DNA from: a virus
Taxonomy: Duplodnaviria > Caudoviricetes
Strand: one strand, 5' to 3'
Length of the DNA stretch: 34,687 nt
IMG/VR virus record: IMGVR_UViG_3300020044_006011
Coordinates: 1 to 34,687 of that record
The notes under the pieces are model-generated. The model ran no database searches and was not told the DNA's origin. It saw nothing but the letters and a program-made list of their open reading frames with translations. A program made the position numbers and the translations under genes. The stretch's first letter is position 1, and every line of letters starts with the position of its first letter. Below are positions 16,745 to 25,697 of this stretch, one piece after another.

Positions 16745-16777
16745 TGACATTTTGTCAGGTTACATGGCATATTGTCA
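16745..16777. promoter_or_regulatory. Two operator-like palindromes TGRCA-N3-TGYCA
   Basis: TGACA-TTT-TGTCA (16745-16757) and TGGCA-TAT-TGTCA (16765-16777), directly upstream of the HTH gene. Confidence 0.5.
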
Positions 16778-16782
16778 TATTT

Positions 16783-17016
16783 TTAGCGACTTTGAGAAGC
16801 CCTTAACGCATCTTTAATCTTTTTTTCATGGGCCTGTAGCCACTTCAGCGTCTCAAGCGCAGCCGTTAATTCAGGTAGCCACGACTCTTTTGTCTCAAGC
16901 GTGCTTGGGTCGCGCTTCTTCTTGCTGACAAGCTCACGCAGAATATCAATGTGACCGCGCAAGTTCACCACAGCACGCTCTACAGCGGACACTTGAATAT
17001 CCAGCGGAACCTTCAT
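16783..17016 (-). CDS. Hypothetical protein
   Basis: 77 aa, ATGA overlap with the methyltransferase. Confidence 0.7.
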   Translation of the reverse strand: MKVPLDIQVSAVERAVVNLRGHIDILRELVSKKKRDPSTLETKESWLPELTAALETLKWLQAHEKKIKDALRASQSR

Positions 17017-17540
17017 CGTCTGCCTACAAATGTGGTTGGACCGGTTGAGTTCTGGTCAAACAGATACCAGCAGCAGTTGTCCATGCCAGTATTCTTTGAC
17101 CCCTCAATCCACTTCACCCTGCCAACAGACACGATCATGCGGCAGACTTCCAAATGCGCTCTGGCTTGACCTGTGTGCATCCAGTCGGCGTCAAACAGCA
17201 GCCATGTAGGCCGCAGCCGTGAACACCGCTCAATAATCTGATGCAGCACGGGCCGATCCCATGGCGGGTTCGTGATGATGAGTTCAGCCCCGTTCAGGTC
17301 TGACTCCTCAATCCATGAAGCGTCATGCTGGCGAATACCCGATGCCAACGGGCGCACGTCAAAAGCTGACACGCAGCGCAGGGAATGGTTCTCCAGATGC
17401 CCGGCCAACACACCCGCGCCAGCGCAGGGCTCGCAAAACGTCTGACCCCGTGTCAGGAACGGGACCAGAGCCATGACAGCCGACGCAGGAGTTGGGTAGT
17501 ACGCAAGCGGTTTATGCTCAAAGTCTGATCTTTTACCCAT
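17013..17540 (-). CDS. Orphan amino-DNA methyltransferase (N6-adenine type)
   Basis: YPTP, motif I EPCAGAG, motif IV ITNPPW. Confidence 0.85.
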   Translation of the reverse strand: MGKRSDFEHKPLAYYPTPASAVMALVPFLTRGQTFCEPCAGAGVLAGHLENHSLRCVSAFDVRPLASGIRQHDASWIEESDLNGAELIITNPPWDRPVLHQIIERCSRLRPTWLLFDADWMHTGQARAHLEVCRMIVSVGRVKWIEGSKNTGMDNCCWYLFDQNSTGPTTFVGRR

Positions 17541-18024
17541 GACCAAATTTCCTCAAAATAAACCTTATATTTGTAGGAGTAACCCCAAACTTCCTTGCTA
17601 TTGCCGACTTATTCATTCCAGAAACAAATAAATTTACAATTTCACCATGTAACTGAGCTGAAATTTTTTCTTTACCGTTACCAATTCTGGGAGAGCGTGT
17701 TCTCAACTTTATTGCCGCATCGTGCATGTTATCATTGTGACTTCCAAACCATAAATGTTTTGGATTGCAGCAGCTTCTATTATCGCATGTATGAAGACAA
17801 TGTTTTGAATCTTCAAAATTTTCACAAGAAATCGCCATCGCAACTCTATGTGAGGCCGCAACTTTTCCGTATTTGCCACCAATTTTAAAATTACCATAAC
17901 CAAGTTTGTGTTTGGAACCTGTCCAATTCCAACACTTATCTTCTTCTGCAATATTAACTTTTGACCAAAACCTATTTATATCTTTTTCAAATAAACTAAT
18001 CCCCATAATCATAGTTTTGCTCAT
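17533..18024 (-). CDS. Free-standing HNH homing endonuclease
   Basis: RFWSKV...CWNWTG...HRVA...LHTCDNRSCCNPKHL...DN with a C-terminal HTH; visibly AT-rich. Confidence 0.9.
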   Translation of the reverse strand: MSKTMIMGISLFEKDINRFWSKVNIAEEDKCWNWTGSKHKLGYGNFKIGGKYGKVAASHRVAMAISCENFEDSKHCLHTCDNRSCCNPKHLWFGSHNDNMHDAAIKLRTRSPRIGNGKEKISAQLHGEIVNLFVSGMNKSAIARKFGVTPTNIRFILRKFGHG

Positions 18025-18054
18025 GATTTCCTCCCTAGCTTGGCCCGCTCAAAG

Positions 18055-18297
18055 TCAGACCGTTTGCCCATCTTTCCCCTCCAGCGCAGCGCGGGCGTTC
18101 AAAACATCAACCACGATCTTCTGCGAAGCATCATCCTTGATGTATTCCTCAAACGTCACGCCCTCCATGCCGACGACGGCGGCGGCATAATCACAGATGG
18201 CCTTCTCAAGCTCCTCTATGCGGTCGGCTGCCTCATCGCACCGATAGTTGTTGTGCCTGCTTGAGGCTTCTCTCAACCATTTCACAAGATCAGACAT
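18055..18297 (-). CDS. Hypothetical protein (AADRIEELE motif)
   Basis: GGAGGGG RBS before MSDLVKWLRE. Confidence 0.7.
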   Translation of the reverse strand: MSDLVKWLREASSRHNNYRCDEAADRIEELEKAICDYAAAVVGMEGVTFEEYIKDDASQKIVVDVLNARAALEGKDGQTV

Positions 18298-18538
18298 TTT
18301 TCCCCTCCAGCACTTCATTCAGGAAAGTGTTTAAGGCCATGGCATAGTTTGCCGCAGGGATTCCGTCAGGTCCGTCCTCAATGTCAATGTACTGGTCAAT
18401 GAAGGCGATGGCGGAGGTCAGCGCCTCCTCCAGCATCTCAATGCGGTCGGCAGCAGTGGCAAATATACTTTTGTCCGTCACGCCATATGACTGAGCGATT
18501 TCCTCTCTAGCACGGAGCTTTCCTATAAGATCATTCAT
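18290..18538 (-). CDS. Hypothetical protein (AADRIEMLE motif)
   Basis: 82 aa, GGAG RBS; resembles its neighbour. Confidence 0.7.
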   Translation of the reverse strand: MNDLIGKLRAREEIAQSYGVTDKSIFATAADRIEMLEEALTSAIAFIDQYIDIEDGPDGIPAANYAMALNTFLNEVLEGKNV

Positions 18539-18550
18539 TCTGTGTCTCCA

Positions 18551-19300
18551 TCATGCCATTAGGACTTTGTATTCTTTACGCTCATTCTTGATCCAGTTTT
18601 CATCTGCGTTCACAAACATAGGCGGTATAAAAATCTTCTTCACCTCTGCACGCCCCTCGCCAACACGCTGGCGGCGAATATGCCCACGGCGAAGATGAGG
18701 GCGCTTTTTCGCGCCTGTTCCTAAATTGCCGCCACTATACGTCTCAGTAATCTTCCCTATTCTGATTGTAGTCGTGTACTCAGAGCTTTGAGCGTCTTGT
18801 CGTATTCTCTGAAACTTTCCACGCAAACTATTCTCTGTAACTTTCTTGTCGGCGTTTGGTGTTGCCAGAAGGACAATCAATATCTCGAACAGACGACCCC
18901 CTACATGACGACTGACTTCTTTAAGCTGCTTTGACATGCCGACCTCAGCAAACCAGTTTATATCTTTGGCGCGGTCAAATTTAATACCAACAATAGTTCC
19001 GAGAGGATTGTTTCCCTCCCGCTGCAAATCAGATGAGAAATAAAAGAACAGCTCCATATCTTTTGCTGACCAATATCTGTTTAAGTCTTCAGCACCATCT
19101 TGCCCGTATTGGCTTACATATTGTTTATCCAACATCATTTTAGCAAGGAATGAAGACTTCACCGTTATGATGAATTTCTCAAACGGCGGATAAAATATAT
19201 CCATTTCCCACATATCTCTTGCGGTGGCGTCAATGTCATCAAGACTGATTGAGTCAAATATGTCAGGCGTTAACCTGAACATTTGAGCTACCTTCTCCAT
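18551..19300 (-). CDS. Hypothetical protein with C-terminal HxRRGHxR motif
   Basis: 249 aa; KRPHLRRGHIRRQ; AT-richer than average. Confidence 0.75.
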   Translation of the reverse strand: MEKVAQMFRLTPDIFDSISLDDIDATARDMWEMDIFYPPFEKFIITVKSSFLAKMMLDKQYVSQYGQDGAEDLNRYWSAKDMELFFYFSSDLQREGNNPLGTIVGIKFDRAKDINWFAEVGMSKQLKEVSRHVGGRLFEILIVLLATPNADKKVTENSLRGKFQRIRQDAQSSEYTTTIRIGKITETYSGGNLGTGAKKRPHLRRGHIRRQRVGEGRAEVKKIFIPPMFVNADENWIKNERKEYKVLMA

Positions 19301-19649
19301 CAGTTATCTCCTCTATAATCAGTTTGCATTGCGGGCCGTCCTTGACCCAACGCCCTTCCAGCCATTCACATTTGCTATCGTCTACAATCCCAGCGGACAC
19401 CAAACAGTCGGACGCCGCCTTGAACAAGTTATCCAGATCGCGCTTGCGCTTGTCAGGACGCACCACAAGCATCGTGAGTTTATATGCTCCCTCAAACTTG
19501 ACCGACTTGGCCTGTACGCTGACTTGCCAGATTGCGGGTGTCCGCCAAGCCTCATACTTGGGCGACCGATAGACTGCGCCTCCCTTACCTGTTCTCCACA
19601 GGCGGTTCATTGACGGGGGCAGCGGCAGTATCAGTTCCAACCTTTTCAC
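19263..19649 (-). CDS. rusA: RusA-family Holliday junction resolvase
   Basis: LPLPPSMN...RPDKRKRDLDNLFKAASDCL...IVDDS; GGAGG RBS before GTG at 19649. Confidence 0.85.
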   Translation of the reverse strand: MKRLELILPLPPSMNRLWRTGKGGAVYRSPKYEAWRTPAIWQVSVQAKSVKFEGAYKLTMLVVRPDKRKRDLDNLFKAASDCLVSAGIVDDSKCEWLEGRWVKDGPQCKLIIEEITDGEGSSNVQVNA

Positions 19650-19959
19650 GGCGATCCTCCAAAGACCGCGCCAGAGCAAAGGCCACAGAAGCCTCTGTTG
19701 TCTGCAACGCCCGCGCAATATCAGCCGTGTTCATGCCACGGTCAAACATTTGCAGGATGAGACGCTCGTCATCAAACAGGTCCGGCCTAATCAACTGGCG
19801 CGGCAACCCCGTGAGGTCAGACACCTTATTGATGTGTTTAAGCGGAACCCTGTGCCAGATCGCCACCGCTTGACGGCTAAGACCTAGTTTGAGTGCGAGT
19901 GCGCCCACGCCGCCAGCGGCAGCAAAGACGTTCATAAGTTCGGGTGATCTTTTGTTCAT
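19585..19959 (-). CDS. Cro/YdaS-like regulator with a second HTH
   Basis: AAGGVGALALKLGLSRQAVAIW...IRPDLF, then GMNTADIARAL. Confidence 0.75.
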   Translation of the reverse strand: MNKRSPELMNVFAAAGGVGALALKLGLSRQAVAIWHRVPLKHINKVSDLTGLPRQLIRPDLFDDERLILQMFDRGMNTADIARALQTTEASVAFALARSLEDRREKVGTDTAAAPVNEPPVENR

Positions 19960-19966
19960 GCTCTGG

Positions 19967-19995
19967 ACAATAAATCGCAAAAAAAGACTTGTCAA
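19967..19995 (-). promoter_or_regulatory. Sigma70-like promoter, probably giving a leaderless transcript
   Basis: TTGACA-N17-TATTGT with 7 bp to the ATG at 19959. Confidence 0.65.
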
Positions 19996-20049
19996 CCCTT
20001 GCGGCCTGTGAGATAAGCATTATGTCCCCAATACGGACGGAGATGAACC

Positions 20050-20307
20050 ATGGCGTACCAACCCAACTACTATTTCATTGAAGAATACCAAATCCCTTCA
20101 ATGCCCAGCATCATGATCTACGACACGCATCTCGACATTGAAGTTGATTTTGACGGCGAGTGGTACATTGAGAGTGTCGCAATGCGCGACAACAAGGATA
20201 AAGTTGTTACCTTCAAGAAAGGTGACTGGCTGTTTGACCTGTTAGTCAAAAACATCTACGATGACCATCGTATGATGGATGCTATCTCTGAAGAATGTAA
20301 AGTCTGA
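20050..20307 (+). CDS. Hypothetical acidic protein
   Basis: 85 aa, GGAG RBS, first gene of the rightward operon. Confidence 0.75.
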   Translation: MAYQPNYYFIEEYQIPSMPSIMIYDTHLDIEVDFDGEWYIESVAMRDNKDKVVTFKKGDWLFDLLVKNIYDDHRMMDAISEECKV

Positions 20308-20328
20308 TAATCTTATAGGAGCGATACA

Positions 20329-20910
20329 ATGAAAATGTCCGACACCATCACTGAGCTTGCTGGCGCACTTGCTAAGGCACAAGGCCAGATTGATGACGCC
20401 TCTAAGGCCTCTGAGAATCCCTACTTCAAGAGCAAGTACGCTGATCTTGCAGCCGTGCGCGCTGTGATCCGTGAGCCTCTTGCCAACAATGATCTTGCTA
20501 TCATTCAGGCTCCGCGCACTGTTACAGGCGGCGCAGAGGTTGAAACCATGCTCGTCCACAAGTCTGGCGAGTATATCTCTGAAACGCTGTTTATGCCTGC
20601 GGGAAAGGCTGATCCTCACGGGTACGCCAGCGCGATCACATACGCTCGCCGCATCGGCATCATGTCTCTGCTCGCTCTTGCCAGCTATGATGATGACGGC
20701 AACACTGCGGTTGATTCTGTGAAGGCGCAACCTGTTCAGAAGAAGCCCAGCGCAGACATTATTGCAGCCGCCAACAAAGCTGCAAAGGAAGGCACAATCG
20801 CCCTTACGGCGTGGTGGCAGTCATTGTCCAAGGAAGAGCGTTCCTTGATTGACAATGAGACTGTTAAGTCCCTCAAGGCTGCGGCCAAAGAAGCGGATGG
20901 GCTCCAATGA
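20329..20910 (+). CDS. erf: ERF-family ssDNA annealing recombinase
   Basis: NPYFKSKYADL...SAITYARR...DDDG. Confidence 0.9.
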   Translation: MKMSDTITELAGALAKAQGQIDDASKASENPYFKSKYADLAAVRAVIREPLANNDLAIIQAPRTVTGGAEVETMLVHKSGEYISETLFMPAGKADPHGYASAITYARRIGIMSLLALASYDDDGNTAVDSVKAQPVQKKPSADIIAAANKAAKEGTIALTAWWQSLSKEERSLIDNETVKSLKAAAKEADGLQ

Positions 20911-21092
20911 GCAAGATGGGCGAAGTTTCTTTTGAGGCGAATACCTCAAACACGATGCTCCGCGCGTCGCATCGGATTGCAGAATTGGAAACCATTCTGC
21001 AAGAGCTGCTCAATGAGGTGATACCTGACTACATGCGCGACTCCTCTTCCATTGTTCGCAATGCGGAAGCTATCCTTGAAAGGGAGTGGTGA
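20907..21092 (+). CDS. Hypothetical protein
   Basis: 61 aa, ATGA overlap with erf. Confidence 0.6.
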   Translation: MSKMGEVSFEANTSNTMLRASHRIAELETILQELLNEVIPDYMRDSSSIVRNAEAILEREW

Positions 21093-21093
21093 T

Positions 21094-21711
21094 ATGGACC
21101 AACGCACAGAAGAATGGTTCACCGCCCGCCTTGGCAAGGTGACAGCCTCACGCATCTCTGACGTCATGGCTAAGACCAAGAGCGGCTGGGGCGCAAGCCG
21201 AGCCAACTATATGGCAGAACTCATCGTGGAGCGTCTGACGGGTCAGAAGGGGGACTCCTATCAGAACGCCGCGATGATGTGGGGCACGAACACGGAACCG
21301 CTGGCCCGCGCCGCGTATGAGGCGCACAGGGGGGTGCTAGTGGAAGAAACCGGGTTCGTGCCCCACCCGTCCGGGGCAATGACAGGGGCCTCGCCAGACG
21401 GTCTGGTGGAAGCTGACGGCCTTGTTGAGATCAAGTGCCCCAACACGGCTACCCATATTGACACGCTCATGTCAGATGACGCGCCGCCCAAGTATTTCGC
21501 CCAGATGCAATGGCAGATGGCCTGCACTGGCAGGGCGTGGTGTGACTTCGTGTCATTTGACCCCCGTATGCCAGAAGAGATGCAGTTGTTTGTTGTCCGC
21601 GTAGAGCGTGACGATACATGGATCACCATGGCTGAAGAATCGGTTCAAGAGTTTCTGTCCGAACTGGACGAGAAGGTTTCCAAGTTGAAGGAGAAATATA
21701 ATGGCGTATGA
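21094..21711 (+). CDS. YqaJ/lambda-exonuclease family protein
   Basis: QRTEEWFTARLGKVTAS, GASPDGLV, EIKCP, QMQWQM. Confidence 0.92.
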   Translation: MDQRTEEWFTARLGKVTASRISDVMAKTKSGWGASRANYMAELIVERLTGQKGDSYQNAAMMWGTNTEPLARAAYEAHRGVLVEETGFVPHPSGAMTGASPDGLVEADGLVEIKCPNTATHIDTLMSDDAPPKYFAQMQWQMACTGRAWCDFVSFDPRMPEEMQLFVVRVERDDTWITMAEESVQEFLSELDEKVSKLKEKYNGV

Positions 21712-21952
21712 GCTTCGGGATAACAGCGGGTCTATGTTCAAGAACACCCGCAAAGAGAACGACAGACAGGCTGACATGACCGGCGATGTCATGATTGACG
21801 GCCAGACCTATTGGATCAACGGGTGGCGCAAGGTGGATAAGAACGGCAACCCTTGGTACTCATTCTCTTTCAAGAAGAAGGAAGCCAGACAGAGCGCGCC
21901 GCAATCTGCACCGCGCCGTTCTGATGATGACACTGACACGATTCCCTTTTGA
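21701..21952 (+). CDS. Small SSB-like protein
   Basis: Beta-rich core with acidic C-terminal DDDTDTIPF tail; lies in the recombination module. Confidence 0.65.
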   Translation: MAYELRDNSGSMFKNTRKENDRQADMTGDVMIDGQTYWINGWRKVDKNGNPWYSFSFKKKEARQSAPQSAPRRSDDDTDTIPF

Positions 21953-21954
21953 CC

Positions 21955-22272
21955 ATGGACGCGAATCTCCCTCTCTCAGAGCAGTTTCGTGTCATCGCCA
22001 AAAAGTGGGTTGATGCGGACGCTGCGGCCTCCATGCTGGAGGAAACCAAGTCTAGCGTGCTTGCTCAGATGATGGCGGGGCAGGGAGACATGCCTGTCAG
22101 CCGCGCTGAGATGAACGTCAAGGCTTCCAACGAGTGGCGTGAGTACGTCAAGAGCATGGTAGAGGCGCGTGAAAAGGCGTCTCTGCTCAAAGTCCAACTT
22201 GAGTATATCAGGATGCGTTTTCATGAGTGGCAATCCCATGAGGCCACCAAGCGCGCAGAAATGAAGCTATAG
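21955..22272 (+). CDS. Helical protein, possibly a UvsY-like recombination mediator
   Basis: Coiled-coil with AEMNVKASNEWREY; assignment rests mostly on context. Confidence 0.45.
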   Translation: MDANLPLSEQFRVIAKKWVDADAAASMLEETKSSVLAQMMAGQGDMPVSRAEMNVKASNEWREYVKSMVEAREKASLLKVQLEYIRMRFHEWQSHEATKRAEMKL

Positions 22273-22282
22273 GAGATATGAT

Positions 22283-22588
22283 ATGAATGACCATGATGAA
22301 GAACTGGAACAGTTGAAGCAACTGATTGATGAGGTCAAAAATGGCCTTGAGGCGGCGGCAAAGGTCAAAAAAGTATCGGATCACATCATTAGTATTCTTG
22401 AAAATATTGACGAAGCCATGGCGTTAACTGTGGCAACCGTTGTTGCGGGCCGTGTCATTTCGTCCGTGGCAAAGGACTCAAATGCAGCAAAGGCTATGTC
22501 TGCAACCATGAGCTATCGCATTTATGAGTTCATTCAGGTGAGCTTGGACGATGAAGATGAAGATGAAGAAGAGCAAACGCTGCAATGA
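22283..22588 (+). CDS. Hypothetical protein
   Basis: 101 aa, AGGAG RBS, acidic tail. Confidence 0.7.
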   Translation: MNDHDEELEQLKQLIDEVKNGLEAAAKVKKVSDHIISILENIDEAMALTVATVVAGRVISSVAKDSNAAKAMSATMSYRIYEFIQVSLDDEDEDEEEQTLQ

Positions 22589-22938
22589 AGCGGGTGCGCA
22601 TCACAACTAAGATGCGGGCTGACATTTTCATGCGGCACGGAGGTGTCTGCCACCTGTGCAGCATGAAAGTGGTACCCGGCCAAGAATGGGATGTGTCACA
22701 TGAAATTCCCTTGGAGGCAGGCGGCTCTGACGATGCTAGTAATTGGCTGGTTGCCCATCGTAAGTGCCATAGGACTCATACTGCTACTGTGGATATTCCC
22801 CTAATCGCCAAAGTTAAACGCATACATCAACGCCATATCGGTGCCAAAAAGTCCAAAAGCCTTATGCCGGGCGGACGCGGCTCCAAATGGAAAAAGAAGA
22901 TGGACGGGACAGTTGTTAGACGAAATGCAGATAACTGA
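22585..22938 (+). CDS. Small HNH endonuclease
   Basis: CHLC...HEIPLEAGGSDDASNW...HRKCH. Confidence 0.8.
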   Translation: MKRVRITTKMRADIFMRHGGVCHLCSMKVVPGQEWDVSHEIPLEAGGSDDASNWLVAHRKCHRTHTATVDIPLIAKVKRIHQRHIGAKKSKSLMPGGRGSKWKKKMDGTVVRRNADN

Positions 22939-23419
22939 ATCTCATAAGAGGTTCTTAAAAAGACTGGATGAGTCGAGGCAATCCCTTTTTGTCATGGCCG
23001 CTTGGCTGCACAAGAAAGGGAGAACCGTGACAATTCCAGCTATCCGATATGCTCCCGAGCATAAGGATTTTCTGCAATACGTTGACGGCGGTGATCTTAT
23101 CATAACCAAAGAAGACGGAACAGAAGCGGTAATTGAGGTGAAGCACCTTAAAAAGACCGACTTCACTGGCGCACATGACTGGCCGCACCCGATTGTGATT
23201 GTCTCCAACATTCACACCGTTGATCGGAACCGTGGCCGCGTAAAAACATACGTATTGATGAATAGGGCTATGACCCATATTGCTACGGTCAGAGCAGATG
23301 ACATAGATAAATGGCAGATAAAAAAGATATTCGCGTCCAACACCCAGAAGGTTGAATCCTTCTATACATGCAGTCCTTCGGATTGCAGATTTCAATCTCT
23401 CATTGAGGAAAAGACATGA
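22925..23419 (+). CDS. PD-(D/E)xK nuclease-like protein
   Basis: DGGDLII...IEVKH. Confidence 0.55.
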   Translation: MQITESHKRFLKRLDESRQSLFVMAAWLHKKGRTVTIPAIRYAPEHKDFLQYVDGGDLIITKEDGTEAVIEVKHLKKTDFTGAHDWPHPIVIVSNIHTVDRNRGRVKTYVLMNRAMTHIATVRADDIDKWQIKKIFASNTQKVESFYTCSPSDCRFQSLIEEKT

Positions 23420-23754
23420 AGCTGCTCGTAACGATGAATATGCCTAGCGCGCAAGAGTATCTTGTCCACCAGATGACCGTAGATGCTAACTGCGACAGCT
23501 TAGAGAGTTTTCTGAAACGCCTGAATGATGAGATTTTCATTCAAGTGCGTCTTTACTATAAGCGCAAAAATCACATGACAGGAGAGACTACATGGGAAGA
23601 TAGAGGTGATATAATCTTGAATACCGCTCATATCGGTAAAGTGCAGATATATTATGAAATGGAAAAGGACCAAACAAATGATGAACCATACGGAAATTCT
23701 GACAACCGCCGCCCACACGCTGAAAGAACGCGGCCAACAATACGGCTCCGTTGA
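23416..23754 (+). CDS. Hypothetical protein
   Basis: 112 aa, GAGGA RBS, ATGA overlap. Confidence 0.7.
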   Translation: MKLLVTMNMPSAQEYLVHQMTVDANCDSLESFLKRLNDEIFIQVRLYYKRKNHMTGETTWEDRGDIILNTAHIGKVQIYYEMEKDQTNDEPYGNSDNRRPHAERTRPTIRLR

Positions 23755-24082
23755 GCTTTGCTTTGATCGCGCAAGCAAGCTGGCTTCTATTCGTCTGAAC
23801 AGACACGTCAGCATGTACGACGTTGCGGTGATCCTTTCTTGCGTGAAGCAAGCTAGGCAGACAGAGAACCCCACGCTTGTTGATTCGTGGGTTGATGACG
23901 TAAACTATACGGCTATCGCTGGGCAGTTTGCTGCTGCTCAATTTGGAAACATTGAGGATGACATCGCCGCCATGGCAAGGCGGTACGCACCAAAACGGGA
24001 GAATACAAATGCGCCGACTGATAGCTCTAACAACGGCTACGGCTCTCATGCTAACCAGCCTGATACACCCGCTGGCGGCTGA
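23678..24082 (+). CDS. DUF6378-like protein
   Basis: ERGQQYG...DVAVILSCVKQAR...DSWVDDVNY pattern. Confidence 0.65.
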   Translation: MMNHTEILTTAAHTLKERGQQYGSVELCFDRASKLASIRLNRHVSMYDVAVILSCVKQARQTENPTLVDSWVDDVNYTAIAGQFAAAQFGNIEDDIAAMARRYAPKRENTNAPTDSSNNGYGSHANQPDTPAGG

Positions 24083-24629
24083 CGAATCGGCGTCAGACTT
24101 CTTTCGCAAGGATCGTGAATATTGGAGTAGGGGGCTTCGTGCCCCCGAAACTCCAACGTGGGCTGGCAAACTTGATCTTGGCGCTATGTCGCCAGACAAG
24201 GCTAAAGTCGCCGCCATGGTGGCTTCGGAAGCTAAGTCCGTCCTTGGCCAACAATACGTTCAGGATGCTCTCAGGCTGACGAAGCTGGAAAGCGGGTATC
24301 GGTGCCATGTTCTTGGTCCCAAAACCCGCCACGGGCGCGCTGTAGGCCCTCTGCAAGTGCTCCCCAGCAGTGCGGCGGCGTTTGGGATAAGCGCACATGA
24401 CCTTCACAGGGATTGCAAAGCGCAGATCGCTGCCGGCATTCTGCATATGGAGAAGTGCATCTCTGTAGGGGCTAAGAGCTACAACCAGCTTGCGGCGTGT
24501 CACGTTGCTGGCTGGGGTGGTTGGAACAAGAAACTCAACCGGAAGGCCCAAGCCTACCGCGCCAAATATGTGCGTATGGCTCAGGCGTCCAAGGTGCCAT
24601 CATGGGCAGGGACATTATACACATGGTAG
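24009..24629 (+). CDS. Lytic transglycosylase (SLT-like) with signal peptide
   Basis: MRRLIALTTATALMLTSLIHPLAA signal; catalytic LESG and AVGPLQVLPSSA; GGGAG RBS. Confidence 0.75.
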   Translation: MRRLIALTTATALMLTSLIHPLAADESASDFFRKDREYWSRGLRAPETPTWAGKLDLGAMSPDKAKVAAMVASEAKSVLGQQYVQDALRLTKLESGYRCHVLGPKTRHGRAVGPLQVLPSSAAAFGISAHDLHRDCKAQIAAGILHMEKCISVGAKSYNQLAACHVAGWGGWNKKLNRKAQAYRAKYVRMAQASKVPSWAGTLYTW

Positions 24630-24760
24630 AGACAGCAACATTCCTTGCACTTGTAATGCTTGGCTGCGTGACCGTCCTAGTTGTCATGCTTACAGGACTC
24701 CTGATCCTTATGGGTTGGGAGCTTATAGTGGAGAAGTGGAAAGACATTAAAAACGGATAA
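24623..24760 (+). CDS. 45-aa membrane protein
   Basis: MVETATFLALVMLGCVTVLVVMLTGLLILMGWELIVEKWKDIKNG; long hydrophobic stretch. Confidence 0.55.
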   Translation: MVETATFLALVMLGCVTVLVVMLTGLLILMGWELIVEKWKDIKNG

Positions 24761-24775
24761 CCTGATAGGTGATAA

Positions 24776-25276
24776 ATGGTTACGGTTAGGCACGATCAAG
24801 AAACAGTTGATGTTATATTGAAGATGTGGGCTGACGATTGCACGGGCAGTCAAATCGCGCGTGTACTCAATATGACACGCAATGCTGTTATGGGGAAATT
24901 GGCTCGCTTACGCGCTCAAGGCTTGATTAAATACCGCGATCCCGGCCAGTGCAAAAATGCCAGCAAAGAAGAGCGTGCCATGCGGCGGACTCATGTTCCT
25001 CCGGGCATGAAGACCAAGAAGGACAAGCCGCTTCCGCCGTTGCCGCCAATGATTGATGGGGCACGACCTTTGAGGCTTATGGAACTAACGCCGGATTCCT
25101 GCCGATTTATTATAAATGACAGCAATAAGGCGTCAGACTTTATGTTTTGCGGTAGGCCCAAAAAAGGCAAATCCTACTGCGCAGATCATCACGCACTTTG
25201 CTATACGGCAGCTACTCCGAGACGCGAGCGTGGCAAAGTATTTAGGCTAAACCCGCGATATTCGGAGGTTAAATGA
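24776..25276 (+). CDS. gcrA: GcrA cell-cycle regulator homolog
   Basis: LKMWAD...SQIARVL...TRNAVMGKLARL; LMELTPDSCRF...FCG...SYCADH. Confidence 0.9.
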   Translation: MVTVRHDQETVDVILKMWADDCTGSQIARVLNMTRNAVMGKLARLRAQGLIKYRDPGQCKNASKEERAMRRTHVPPGMKTKKDKPLPPLPPMIDGARPLRLMELTPDSCRFIINDSNKASDFMFCGRPKKGKSYCADHHALCYTAATPRRERGKVFRLNPRYSEVK

Positions 25277-25503
25277 TCCTGCAATTAAACCCGACTATTC
25301 CGCTGAACACACCAAAAGGCAAAGCTCTCGCCCACTTTCTTGTAGACTATGGAGCAGAGCATCACTGGTTATGGATATGCTTTCATGAGAATGGGGAGTG
25401 TTGGACATGGCAAAACAAGGACATAAGAGCGTTGGACAACCCGACTTTCGGTCGGAATATAAAGTCATCAAGTCCGGTTGGCACAATAGCTTTGGATGGT
25501 TGA
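25273..25503 (+). CDS. Hypothetical phage protein
   Basis: 76 aa; LQLNPTIP...DYG...GECWTW. Confidence 0.7.
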   Translation: MILQLNPTIPLNTPKGKALAHFLVDYGAEHHWLWICFHENGECWTWQNKDIRALDNPTFGRNIKSSSPVGTIALDG

Positions 25504-25697
25504 GAAGGCCAGAGCAGGACGATACAGAGCAATGCTTATGGGCATATGAGGAGCCGGATGGGGACATACGCATGTCATCCGATCCTCGCCATGAAAAATG
25601 TGCTTATTTAGACTTATGGGAGGCCCCAGATGGGGAACGATTCTTCGCCTTCAGTAACGTGCCAAGAACCAAAAACAAAAAGCTATCACGATATTAA
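25398..25697 (+). CDS. Hypothetical protein (start uncertain)
   Basis: Fills the operon gap; GWLRRPE...YEEPDGD. Confidence 0.5.
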   Translation: MLDMAKQGHKSVGQPDFRSEYKVIKSGWHNSFGWLRRPEQDDTEQCLWAYEEPDGDIRMSSDPRHEKCAYLDLWEAPDGERFFAFSNVPRTKNKKLSRY

